From Lama guanicoe (Eukaryota): 64,000 bases of DNA. Below are positions 49,198 to 61,267 of the stretch, one piece after another. The number at the start of each line of letters is the position of its first letter. Within the stretch, counting starts at the first letter, position 1. The notes under the pieces are model-generated. The model did no database searches and was not told where the DNA came from. It saw only the letters and a list, made by a program, of their open reading frames with translations. A program made the position numbers and the translations under genes. The stretch lies in contig MU053588.1 of NCBI GenBank assembly GCA_013239625.1, positions 2,738,508 through 2,802,507 of the forward strand. Direction: 5' to 3'.

Positions 49198-50324
49198 GTG
49201 AGACATCTCACACTGAGCTCTCCCTACTTTCGGTTCCCAGGTGAGGGTTGGGCTTTGTGACTGCTTCCTCAGTCAGCAGATGGAAGTTTCCCTGGCACCA
49301 GCTGTTGGCTGAACTCTGGTAGAGAACTGAGACTCATTAATAATAGTCTGTGACCTCAGGGAAACTGTCCCACTGTCCTGCTCCCCTGGACATTGCTCCT
49401 GAAACCCTTGCCTATGTGTATGTCACATTGCTGTCATTTTTGTGAATCTTTTTCCCCCTCATCTGACCATGAGCTCCTTGAGAAGAGGGGCCAGACTGAG
49501 CTGACTGCCAGTTCTGGGTCCCACCTCAGGACCTGGCACAAGGCAAATGTTAGAATTGGTTTTGGTTTCTGGTTTTAAAACAAATGGAGAAATAGGCTTG
49601 GAGGGGTTAATTTGCCCAAGATTCATCTAGCTGAATCCAGAGCTAGGATCAGGTGATCCAGAGCCCAAGGTCTTATTCACTAAGTTGTGCCATCTCTGAA
49701 ATAAAGTGTAAGATCATGATTTAATGAGCATACCCTACTCTGTTTTAGTCTTGTGCTGGATAGTTCTGGGGACACAGCCATGACCCAGACTCTATATCGC
49801 CCTTTAGTGATGGTCCAGAAGGGTTCTGGGCTGAATGGGAAAGTACTGTGAGTTCATTTATACCCGATCCAGCCTGCACAGGAGCAGGGCTCGGGAAAGG
49901 CTTCCTGACATACTGGTGTCTTAGCTAAGGTCCAGAGGCCAGTAGGAGTTGGCCAGGGGAAGGGTTCTGGGCCTAAGAAAGCTGCATAAAAGCTTAGAAG
50001 AGGCTAGCCTATTTGGCCACGCCCAAAGAGGACTGTCCCCAGTGCTTAGATGTTGGGGACACAGTAGAAACCAAGAGAACTGGTCCTGGGCCGGCAGTCC
50101 AGTGGGTAAGACAGACCTGTCAGCAGGCAGTGAGGACTGAGAATAATCAGGGCTTCACAAGGGGCCCAGAGCTCTAGAGAAGCCCAGAGAGGGCGCTTTG
50201 CTTGTTCACTGGGACTGGGTTTCTGCTCTGTATCTGGAGCCTCAGTGGTCACATGATAGGCAGCCCAGCTCCTGAGGGTTCCAAGTTGAGAACAACGAGG
50301 CCTCATCTGGTTTCTCCAATGCAG

Positions 50325-50614
50325 GTTTCAACCGCAGTGGAGGTGGTGGCTACAACCAGAACCGCTGGGGTAACAACAGCCGGGATAACAACAACTCCAA
50401 CAACAGAGGCAGCTACAACCGGGCTCCCCAGCAACAGCCGCCACCACAGCAGCCACCGCCACCACAGCCACCGCCACAGCAGCCTCCACCGCCGCCCAGC
50501 TACAGCCCTGCTCGGAACCCCCCAGGGGCCAGCAGCTACAACAAGAGCAGCAACATCCCTGGCTCAAGCGCAAATACCAGCACCCCTACTGTCAGCAGCT
50601 ACAGCCCTCCACAG
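50325..50614 (+). CDS. HNRNPUL1: HNRNPUL1 exon 13 (N- and QP-rich), 290 nt
   Basis: tgcag|GTTTC...CAG|gtgag; [47 protein letters not shown]...SSYSPPQ. Confidence 0.95.
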
Positions 50615-51946
50615 GTGAGAGAAGGAGAGCAAGCGTGCGCAGTGTGAGGAGGTGGGGCTGGGGGAAAGGTCAACAGTGCTCCAGCCACGGATGGGCACTC
50701 TTACCTCCAGCCCTGCCCTTTCTCCCTGCCAGTGCTTCTGACTGGAACAGACCCTTGACATTCCCTGATCCCTTCCAGACCCAGAGTAAATTGAGAACCT
50801 ACATATTCTACCATCCCCCTCGGGGTGGGCTGTGAACGGTGCTTCTTCCAGCAAGTACATTTCTCTTTGCTGTGTCACTGGCCTCTGTGAATCCCCAAGA
50901 AAGCAGCCGATTGGAGTTACCCTTTGCCCAGGCTGGCCCCCTGTCTTCAGGATGTGGAGACAGGCCCTAAGGTTGGTGAGGACTTGCCCTCTGCCCTGAG
51001 AACTTCACTGCGAGCAGCTCCAGGCTGAGTCTGAGTTCTCAGAGAGCCAGTGCCTGGCTCTGGTATGCACAGGCCCCTTCATCAGAGCAGTCTCCATTTA
51101 CTGTGCACCTTCCACATGCCAGGCCTGGGGGCAGCTGCCAGGAGGCAGAGGTTAATTGTTCCAGTTCTGGTCTAACCAATACAGATTCAGACCCTAGCCG
51201 CACAGCGTTCTCGTTTTGTGACCTTGGACAAAACAACTTCACCTCTTAGGACCTCGTTTTCCTCATAAAGGTCTAGAGTTGTTAGTAGAACTCACTTCCA
51301 ACATTTGTTGTGAGGGAAGGCTGGCATTATAGCTTCACGGGTAAGGCTCTGGTACTAGGCAGGCCTGGGGGCATGTCACGGCTCTGCCACTTTTTACCTG
51401 TGTGACTTGGGCCCAGTGATTTCACCTCTCTGAGCCTCACCTTCCTTCTCTGTAAATAAAGCCGATGGAACCTACCTCACAGAGTTGATGAGGGGATTAG
51501 AATAGTTAAGAGTACAGCCTGGACATAGGAAGCACTTAGGAATTTGCCACAACTGTTTTTCTCAGTAGATCTTCCTGTAACAAATGCCACCATTTACTTA
51601 TTGTGCCCGTTGATTGTGCACATAAGCTTACTGAATACTTGAGGCAGTCCGAAGGAGTGGTTCTGTTGTAATTCTCATTTTACAGAAAAAAACAAAAGCA
51701 GGGATTTCAAGAGATGCCGTGTGCCTTGCTTCCCCAAGGTCTCAGAGCTGGGATTAGAGTCTAGATTATAGCCCCACATCCTCCCCTGTCCTGCCCTGTC
51801 GCAGAGCTGGCCTCCCTCCTCCTCAGCCCTCAAACAGCCTCCACCAGGGAAGTTCCTATGTGGGCCCATTGCTTACAAAGCCCCTTCCTCCATCTCAGCT
51901 TAACTGGCTATTTCACAGAGCCGTGGTTTTTCTCCCTATTTTCCAG

Positions 51947-52138
51947 CCAAGTTACAGCCAGCCACCCTACAACCAGGGAGGTTACAGCCAGGGCTACACA
52001 GCCCCACCGCCTCCACCTCCACCACCACCTGCCTACAATTATGGGAGCTACGGAGGCTACAACCCAGCCCCTTATACCCCACCGCCGCCCCCCACCGCAC
52101 AGACCTACCCTCAGCCCAGCTATAACCAGTATCAACAG
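51947..52138 (+). CDS. HNRNPUL1: HNRNPUL1 exon 14 (Y/P/Q-rich), 192 nt
   Basis: tccag|CCAAGT...CAG|gtagg; [33 protein letters not shown]...YNQYQQ. Confidence 0.95.
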
Positions 52139-52724
52139 GTAGGTGCCAGAAGGGGTTGGGGGTGGAATGGAATGGAGAGACTTCTGGGGCCCCCTCGTTG
52201 GTGTGTATTCTCAGACTCATGTCCCTGCTCATCCCTAAGAAGATGGACAGCCTTCTGGCCTCAGGCTGGCATTCATCTGGTATAGCCATTCCATTTGAAC
52301 AGCTCTGCACTGACTGCTAAGTAACTGGTATCATAGTCCCTCTTCCCAGTGCAGCAAGAAAAGGGCGTAGCAGGAACCTCAAATCCTGCTTCAGCACCAT
52401 GGCCAGTGTCCATTCTTATTGGTTGATGCTAGATCACCATACCTCTTGTTGAGTATTTTGAACATGTTATCTAGCGATACCTGAAAGGGCACTAGGTTGG
52501 CAAGCCAGGAGATCTGGGCTTCAGTCACTAACTGCCCACGCATGTGACATCAGGTCAGTCACTTGTCCTTCCTCCAAAGGTGCCTTGATTTCTCTGTTAG
52601 GAGACCTATTTGCCGACTGTCATCATTGTACCCATCTCTGCTCTGGGCTAGAGTAGGGTCAGAGGAGGAGCTGAATGTGGGTATGGATGTGACAACCTGG
52701 TGCTCTTGGTTTCTCTCTCCCCAG

Positions 52725-52841
52725 TATGCCCAGCAGTGGAACCAGTACTATCAGAACCAGGGCCAGTGGCCGCCATACTACGGGAACTACGACTATGGGA
52801 GCTACTCCGGGAACACACAAGGGGGCACAAGCACACAGTAG
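52725..52841 (+). CDS. HNRNPUL1: HNRNPUL1 exon 15 coding part through stop, 117 nt
   Basis: cccag|[47 protein letters not shown]. Confidence 0.96.
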
Positions 52842-53885
52842 CCCGTGTGTCCTGGAGGCCCCTGCCGGCTTCCTCCACCAGCGCCCACCTCGGCCCCCTC
52901 GCCCACCCCCTCACCGGGTCCCGTGGTGCTGGGGGACGGGTCCTCCCAGGGCTGCCTCCCTTCTGAGGGGCTCTTCTCCCACACAGGGCCGGGCATTTTC
53001 CTCTGGATTCAAACAGGCAACAATGACCTTTTATTTTCTGTTTGTCCCCCTACCCCCGTCCTCTTCCTCTTCCTCCCTTCCTCATTTTTGACTAAAGACC
53101 CCCTCCCTTGGTCTTACAGTGTGGCTACAGGGCTAAGGGGAGGGCCCCCTTCCTGTCCTCTTGTTCCAGTCCTGCTCCATCCCCTCAGCTTCCCAGACCC
53201 TCATGCAGTTGGTTGTAAATTCTTCCAGGAGCTGTTTTACTGTCTACTTTTCAGGATTAAAAAAAAAAAATCAAAAACTTAAAAAAAAAGTTTAAAAAAG
53301 CAAAATGCAGAGGGAGGAAGCAATGACAGATTTTTTTTGGTAATTATGCTTTTTTTTTAATTTTTAGAATTTGTCTTTTTACTGTGGGTCGGCTGTTGAT
53401 ATTTCATCAGGAACCATTTCTTTGCTGAGTTCAGGTGACCGACGAAGAGCCACACCCTCAAAACAAAACACAAACAAAACCACAGAATCATCTTTAACCT
53501 AACTTTTTATACGATGTCTCAGTTTCCCGTAACTTTGCACACAAGCTTCTGTGTTGAGTTGAATTGTACCTGCTTTTTGTATTTGGAGAGAGTGTGACTA
53601 TTGAACTTGAAACCTTTTATTCTGGGCGTCTTAGTAGTTTCTGGTGGGATAAAGTGGGTGAGAGGGAAGAAGGGAGTTGGGGGGCTCCTTCCCTTCAAAA
53701 GATGAAATTTCTCCCACTGACTCCTCTCCAGAGTCTCCCAGGTGCCAGACTTAAAGGTTTTTCCTACAGTGATCCTATGATTATTTTTACTTCCCCTTGA
53801 TCCATATGTTTTAACAGGATTTTAACAAACTGCACTTACTAAGAAATGTGTTTGCCCTGTTTTGTTTTGTTTTTGGTTTGTTTTC

Positions 53886-53891
53886 AATAAA
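53886..53891 (+). terminator. HNRNPUL1 polyadenylation signal AATAAA
   Basis: AATAAA ~1.05 kb after the stop, preceded by a U/GU-rich upstream element. Confidence 0.75.
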
Positions 53892-55969
53892 TGACATGGC
53901 ACCTCCTAGCAGGAAGAAAGCAAGGTTTCAACCCTTAAGTGTTACTGCAGTTGGCCTTTCATTGGGTTGGGGGCCTTTTCAAGGGGACATTATTTACTCA
54001 TTCATTAAACACTTATTGTGGGATTTGCGTGCCTGTCCCCGTTTTTCGTACTGAGGATGCCCCCTTAAACTTGGGGCCCTCAGTTTTAAATCCACTAGTT
54101 CATTTTTAAAGTGGTTCCTGGTCTCAGCCCTTTCCATTCTACCCATAATCCCAAATCCCTACCGGAATTTGTGAGTAGATAGGATGGAACAGGTCCCTAG
54201 GCAGAGAGCGAGCCAGTGCTTGGAAACTAGGGCTAGACTGTTTGGGGTCATCAGTGGGTGTGACTTCCCATCCATGTTAGGCCTGGCATATGTGCTGGAC
54301 TTAGGATGTTTACTGTCTTGTGTTCCTGGATCCAGGCTAGTGGGGATTCCAGGAGCTTCTTTATCCAGCCAATAAGTGTTAGGTACTTGCTCTGTTCTTT
54401 ACTCTGGACAGTGCTGAGGACACAGCATGACCAGGGTGGTCCTGGACCCTGCCCTCATGGGGCTCCCAGTCCAGAGGTAACAGGGACCTGTCATGGAAGG
54501 GTGACAACACCAGGGTCAGCTGTGAGGGTGAGGGCTTCCTGGAGAAGGGGAAATTTCTTAAAATAGGAATAAGCTAGAGTAAAATATTCTCAGCACCCCA
54601 CAGCCTATCCTCCAGCAACTTGAGTCATTTCATCCCCTCTGGGCACACTGCTCCTCGCCCCAATGCTGTAGCACATGAATGGCCAGTTCATCCTCATCTC
54701 TTCCCTCAGGAACTATCACAGAGCTTGTGAAGGGGACACAGGCTACAAAAAGGAAGAGGTTGACTTTTTAAGGTCAGATGTGAGGTATATGAACATGAGA
54801 TGGAGCCAAGGTTGGTAGCTATGGGATAAAAGGGAGGCTAGGGTGGCCTTTCCTGTTCAGGGAGGGCCTCAGATCTTGTAGTCAGCAAGTCCCCTTCCCT
54901 GCAGATCCGTGTGCTGGGCAACAGTGCCCTCTGCTGGCCCTTCCTGGCAATATGTCTAAGGGTAGTTAGTCCCCACCTTTTCTCCGGATCCTTCATCATG
55001 GGGAGTTACTTTATTCCTCGGCTTTTGGCCACCAGTGTCTGTTTTACTGCATCAACCTCCTCACAGATATCCCTTACCTCCAGTGCCTTACTCTACCAAC
55101 TCCCCACAGGATAAAGGAGCTCAAGCTACTTAATATGGCTTATGAGGCCCACATGCCTGGCCCCTGGTGACCTCACTGGCATTTTCTCTTTCAAATTTCA
55201 GATAAGTGGTTTGTTCTGAGGAGGGGGGGTCACAAATCCCTTTTAAAATCTAAATACCATGAACTGCCTTGTAAATGCATGTGTTCACAGTATTTTGCAT
55301 AGATTCGTGAGATTCTCAAATCCTTGCAGCCCAATCTTGGCCTTCAAGTGAGAACTCCTTTCCTATTCCCTGACCATACTGAAGTCCTTGCAACAAACAG
55401 AACTATCCATGCCTGCCTACCCTCCTACCTGAGACCCTTTCTCTACCTCCCTTCCTCTTATCCTGATTCTCATTCATCCTTCAGGTCTCAGTTTGGGTGT
55501 CCTCCCAGAAAGGAGCCTTCCCTGACCCTCCAGGATTAGGTGGACAGCTCCCTTAGCCCCGTAGGTCCATCAGAGCCCTAGCCATTCAGGGTGGTCACTG
55601 GAAACACTTGAATGTGAGTTCCTACCCATCACCTAGGGCAACTCCGGACCAGGGTCTCCCCTCCACATCAGCAGATTTTCTAGATCCTGGAAACACAAAG
55701 TAGGAAATTCACTCTCTGGTCTCACCACCTATCAGGCTAACCAGGGACTGGGTGTGATGACAAAAGCAAGAGGCAGGGCTTAGTGAATACTCTTTGAAGA
55801 AATAAGAGGATAGAATGGGGTACAAGCTAGACAAGCCCTCAGACGCCCTGAAGGTGGTCATTCAAACCATTCATCCCCAAAGTAAGCACGGGGGCCTCTG
55901 GAATCACAGCAGTGCACAGGTTGAACAACGACTCAGATCCCTCCGGATATTGCAGTTTCTTAGTGGTTC

Positions 55970-56330
55970 AGGTTGGGGGCGGGCGTTAGAGCCGATCTGA
56001 CCCTGACACCCTTTTCCTTCCTGGTCGTGTAAGGGCGGGACCGGACAGAGGCACGCATGCGCATAGGAAGGTCCGTCTTCGTCCCGGAACTTTGGTTCCA
56101 GGCGCGGCGGGGCACCGGGGACCCCCGAGAATGCGCTTGGCCGGAAGTGGCCGCTGACGACATGGGGCCAGGGTTGGCGTGAGGATCCTGCTGTGGCGGT
56201 TAACAGGTCGTAGAGAATCAGAATGGAGGCCATGGCGACCGCGGCAGAGGCGAGGGAGCCCGGTGAAGGTGAGGTCCTGGCCACGCGGAGGCAGCGGGAG
56301 GGTGGGGTTACGGTGTCACTGAGAAATGAT
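55970..56330 (+). promoter_or_regulatory. CCDC97: CCDC97 CpG-rich promoter
   Basis: NRF1-like acgcatgcgca (56053-56063), ETS/GABP ccggaagtg (56141-56149), GC boxes gggcgg, elevated CpG. Confidence 0.8.
56223..56268 (+). CDS. CCDC97: CCDC97 exon 1 coding part, 46 nt
   Basis: agaATGG; MEAMATAAEAREPGE; GAAG|gtgag; phase matches exon 2. Confidence 0.88.
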
Positions 56331-57365
56331 TCCCCGTGAAGGCGAAGGAGGACTCTTTAAAAGGGAACACCCTCCCTAGGCCTTTCACCACTTTGTCGAT
56401 TAACCCCTCTTGTTTTGTTCTGACCTCCTTTACCTCATTCCCTCCGTCGAAATTAACCTCTTCCAAGTTCCAGGCTAATCCAGTTCCTAACCAAGCTAAC
56501 TCTCAGGCTAACATAGACCTCTCCTTCCCTCAGGCTAACTCTAGCGTTGTTCCAGGAAACCCTGCTTCGCAAGCTACCTCCGTCCTTATATCAAACTGAC
56601 CCTTCCCTTGCATCCTCCTCCTGTCCCATGCAAACTCTACTTAGCCCAGACTAACGGCTCCCACATTTAATTCTAATTCCTCCTTCCCCAAAGGCCAGAG
56701 TCCCATCTGCCGCCTCAGGGCCCTTAATCCATTTCTGTGCTCCCCCAACTCTATCGCATTTTCAATGTCTTTATTTCTCCTGATGCCTCACCATCAGTGC
56801 CTAAAATGCTTTTGTTTTGCTAACCTTAAAATTCTATCCCATGTGGGATGAGGTGCAGTTGGGAGGTTGGTTGAAATATCACTGGCCAAGAATTAGTAAT
56901 TGTTGAAGCTGGATGATGGGCATATTGGGGGTGGGGGTCATCATTGTACTCTCTACTTTCTTGCATGTTTGAAATTTTCCATAATTTAAAAAAAAGTTTT
57001 AACCTAAAAAAATCTATCCCTTGATCCCATACTGCCTTCCAGATACCATCTATCTTCTCCAAAGAGTCACCCACACTTCCTTGTATTTCCTCACCTCCCA
57101 CCCACTGCAGTCTGGCTTTTACCTTCAGAAACTGCACCTGTTAGGGTCCCCAGTGACCTCCCGTGTAGTTAAACCGAGTTGCCCCATTTGTTTTTTTACT
57201 TACTAGACTGTGGGACCAACTGGTGTTCTTCAAAGTTAAACGACCCCCATAGACTACTTGGAGAATTCAGTGCCATTGACACCTGTCCTTCTTGAAAGTT
57301 TTCCTTTGTTTTCTGTGACACTACTATTTCTAATTTCCTTCCTATCTCTCAGGCTCCTTCTCAGC

Positions 57366-57858
57366 CAGTATTAGTTTGCTGGAGCTGCTGTAACAAATTA
57401 CCACAAACTGGGTGGCTTGAAACAACAGAAATTTATTCTCTCACATTTCTGGAGTCCAGAAGTCTGAAATCAGTATTACTGGACTGAAATCAAGGTGTCA
57501 GCAGAGACACAGAGGGCTCCCTCAGAGGCACTAAGGGAGAACCTGTTCCTCGCATCTTCCAGCTTCTTGTGGCTCTTGGCATTTCTTGGTTTGTAGCCAC
57601 CTCACCCCAGTTTCTGCTCCTGTCTGTCTTCACTTTGCCTTCTCTGCATATGTTCACACTCCCTCTTTTAGGACACTTGCAATGGCATTTAGGGCCCACC
57701 TGGATAATCCAAGATAATCTCCCTATGTCAAGATCCATAACTTAATCACATCTGCAAAGATATATATATTTTGGGGGGGACCATATAAGGTAACAGTCAC
57801 AGGTTCCAGGAATTAAGATGTGGCTATCTTTCGGGGGCCATCTTTTAGCCTCTCACAG
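57366..57858 (-). mobile_element. MLT1-type ERVL-MaLR solo LTR
   Basis: gtattagtttgctggagctgctgtaacaaattaccacaaactgggtggcttgaaacaacagaaatttattctctcaca...cttaatcacatctgcaaaga...tcttttagcctctcaca. Confidence 0.8.
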
Positions 57859-58454
57859 CCTCTTCCACAAGCATGTCTTCTCCCCATCTATGCAGGGCTC
57901 TTTCCTAGCCCCTCTTCTCTTCTCATCCCTCACACACTACCCCCTGCCTGTCTTCACTTATTTCCTGCTTGCTGCAGCCTTGCTCCCATTCCCACCACTT
58001 TTGAGAAGCAGATCTCACCAAGGTTTGCCCAGCACTCTGCTTTCCTGTCACCACTGCGTGTATTGTCTTTGACCTTGCCTGTCTTCTCCTATCAGACGGA
58101 GTGTGCCCTGGGAGTGGACTGGATCCCTCCGTGGGTCCTCAGCATTGCCCAGCTCAGGGCCCAACATAGATTTAGAGTTGCTGAAGAGTGGTTGAATGAA
58201 TGTGTAAATGAGTAGGAGATAATGAATGAATGAATGAGTGAGTGAACAAGTTAATGAATATGTTAATGATTTCATGAACAAGTGGAAAGGCAAAATTGAG
58301 TGAATTAGTGAATGAAGTGGTAAAGGACCAAGTAAACACCAACACACTCCTGTCTTAGGACCATTGCTTTGGCTTTTCCCTCTTCCAGTTTGCCCCAGAA
58401 GTCTCATGGCTCAGTCCCTCACCACTTCAGATCTCTACTGAAATGTCACTTTTG

Positions 58455-60475
58455 TGTAATCTCTTTAAAAATCACATAAAAAGTAAAATAAAATACTTAG
58501 GAATAAATCTGAGCAAGGAGACGAAAGACTTATATGCTGAGAACTATAAAACATCAATAAAGGAAATTGAAGATGACTCAAAGAAATGGAAAGATATCCC
58601 GTGCTCTTAGATTGGAAGAATTAATATTATTAAAATGGCCATACCTGGGAGGAGGGTATAGCTCAGTGGTAGAGTGCATGCTTAGCATGCATGAGGTCCT
58701 GGGTTCAATCGCCAGTACCTCCATCGAAAAACCAAATAAATAAACAAACTTAATTACCATCCCCCCTGCAAAAAAAATAAGAGAAAAAATAGCCATACTA
58801 CCCAAAGCAATCTATAGATTTTATGCAATCCCTATCAAATTACCCATGACAGATTTCACAGAGCTAGAAAAAAAAATCCTAAAATGTATATGGAACCGTA
58901 AAAGACCCAGAATTGCCAAAGCAATCTTGAAGAAAAAGAACAAAGCTGGAGGCATAACCTCCCAGACTTGACACTACTACAAAGCTACAGTAATCAAAAC
59001 AGCGTGGTATTGGCACTAAAACATGTATGGATCAATGAAACTGAATAGAGAGCTCAGAAATAAACCCACACACCTATGGTCAGTTAATCTTTGACAAAGG
59101 AGGCAAGAATATACAATGGAGAAAAGACCGTCTCTTTCAGCAAGTAGTGTTGGGAAAGCTGGACAGCCACATGTAAATCAATGAAGTTAGAACACCCTCA
59201 CACCACACAGGAAAACTGAAAATGGCTTAAAGACTTAAATATAAGACATGGTACCATAAACCTAGAGGAGAACATAGGCATAAATCGTACCAATGACATT
59301 AATCTGACATAAATCATACCAATGTTTTCTTAGGTCAGTCTTCCAAGACTATAGAAGCAAAAGCAAAAATAAACAAAAGGAACCTGATCAAACTTTAAGC
59401 TTCTGCATAGCAAAGGAAACCATAAACAAAATGAAAAGACAACCTAAGGACTGGGAGAAAATATTTGCTAGCCATGTGACTGGCAAGAGCTTAATTTCCA
59501 GAATATACAAATAGCTCATACAACTCAGTAACAAAAAAACAAACAACCCAATCAAAAAGTGGGCAGAAAGCGTAAGTAGACATTTCTCCAAATAAGACAG
59601 GCAGATGGCCAACAGGCACATGAAAAGATGCTCAGCATCACTAACTATTAGAGAAATGGAAATCAAAACTACAATGAGGTATCACCGCACACTGGTCAGA
59701 ATGGCCATCATTAAAAAGTCTACAAATAGCAAATGCTGGAGAGGGTGAGGAGAAAAGGGAATCAACCCTTCTACACTGCTGGTGGGAATGTAAATTGGTG
59801 CAGCCACTATGGAAAACAGTATGGAGTTTTTTCCTTAAAAAACTAAAAATAGAGTTGCCATATGATCCAGCAATCCCACTCCTGTGTGTATATTCCAGAG
59901 AAAACTGTAATTTGAAGATTCATGCACCCCAATGTTCATAGCAACACTGTTTACAATAGCCAAGACATGGAGGCAACCTAAATGTCTATAAACAGATGAC
60001 TGGATAAAGAAGATGTGATTGATGGATCTGTCTGTCTGTCTGTCTATCTCTCTCTCTCAGCCATAAAAAAAGAATGAAATGTTGCCATGCAGCAACATGG
60101 ATGGACCTAGAGATTATCATACTAAGTGAAATAAGTCAGAAAGAGAATGACAAATACCATGTGATATCACTTATATGTGGAATCTAAAATATGACACAAA
60201 TGAACTTATTTACAAAATAGAAACAGACTCAGACATAGAAAACAAGCTTATGGTTACCAAAGGGGAAAAGGTGGGGGAGGGATAAATTAGGAGTTACAAA
60301 CTACCAAATATAAAATAAACAATGAGGTCCAACTGTATAGCACATGGGACTATCTCTAATATCCTGTAATAAATCATAATGGAAAAGAATATGTGTATAT
60401 ATGTATACCTGAATCTCTGCTCTGCACCAGGAACATACACATTATAAATCAACTATACGTAAGTTTAAAAAAAAT
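58455..60475 (+). mobile_element. 5'-truncated LINE-1 (end of ORF2 plus 3'UTR, degenerate), inserted into an L2 relic
   Basis: ORF2-like YLGINLSKETKDLYAENYKTSIKEIEDD...WKDIPCS; gaaaagatgctcagcatcactaa; A-rich end; tcactttt on both flanks as a possible target duplication. Confidence 0.9.
58647..58785 (+). mobile_element. tRNA-Ala-derived SINE nested in the L1, with 13-bp target-site duplication
   Basis: gggaggagggtatagctcagtggtagagtgcatgcttagcatgcatgaggtcctgggttcaatc; aaaatggccatac (58632-58644) and aaaatagccatac (58786-58798). Confidence 0.88.
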
Positions 60476-60808
60476 CACTTTTTTGGCAAGTTTCATTTAA
60501 AATTGTAGTCTCACCCCCATTCCCTCCTCCTTCCTTGTTTATTTTCCTACACAGCTCTTGAAACTACTTAACACTATACGTTTCCTAACACTGTATGTTT
60601 TCACTCACTATGTTTTTAATTGTCTGTGTTCCCCCACTAAACTGTCAACTTCTTGCTAACTGGTGTCTTCAGGGCCTAGAATGGTGTCCAGAATATAGTA
60701 AGTGCTCAATAAATGTGCAGTGAGGGAGGGAGGGAGCGCCCAGTCCCTTCCACCCACTCCTTCCCCTGCTCCCATCCCTGGACTGACTGATCTTCCCTCT
60801 CGCGGCAG

Positions 60809-61267
60809 GCTGTGAGGAGCCCAGTCCTGGGCACTGGGGGGAGCTGAGCTGGACGCCGGTCGCATCCAGACCCCAGGACAAGGTGGAAGCAGTAGAGGGA
60901 GCACCCAGGGCCCCGGATGGTGAAGACGCCCCGGAGGCCGAGAACGCGGCGGTGAGCGCCATGCTGCGCGCCGTGGCTGCCAGCCGCCTGCCCGTGTGCA
61001 GCCAGCAGCAGGGCGAGCCCGACCTGACCGAGCGGGAGAAGGTGGCCATCCTGGGCCAGCTGTACCACGAGAAGCCGCTCGTGTTCCTGGAGCGCTTCCG
61101 CACGGGCCTCCGCGAGGAGCACCTGCCTTGCTTTGGGCACTTGCGTGGTGACCACCGCGCGGACTTCTACTGTGCCGAGGTGGCCCGGCAAGGCACTGCC
61201 CGACCTCGCGCCCTGCGCACCCGCCTGCGTAACCGGCGCTACGCCGCCCTGCGGGAACTCATCCAAG
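60809..61267 (+). CDS. CCDC97: CCDC97 exon 2, 459 nt
   Basis: ggcag|GCTGT...CAAG|gtgca; [14 protein letters not shown]...[35 protein letters not shown]...[13 protein letters not shown]. Confidence 0.95.

Larger units (their letters stand above)
22398..53910 (+). other. HNRNPUL1: HNRNPUL1 gene span from start codon to approximate 3' end (hnRNP U-like 1 / E1B-AP5), 15 coding exons, 857 aa
   Basis: spliced ORF gives SAP domain, SPRY/B30.2 domain, P-loop domain (GLPAAGKT), RGG box and Q/P/Y-rich low-complexity tail ending GGTSTQ*. Confidence 0.97.

Noticed and set aside
53256..53300. ATTAAA plus genomic A runs as the HNRNPUL1 3' end
   Set aside because: The hexamer runs straight into templated poly(A), a typical internal-priming artefact site; AATAAA at 53886 is the better signal
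59388..59666. 92-aa hydrophobic ORF on the - strand
   Set aside because: Antisense reading of decayed L1 ORF2
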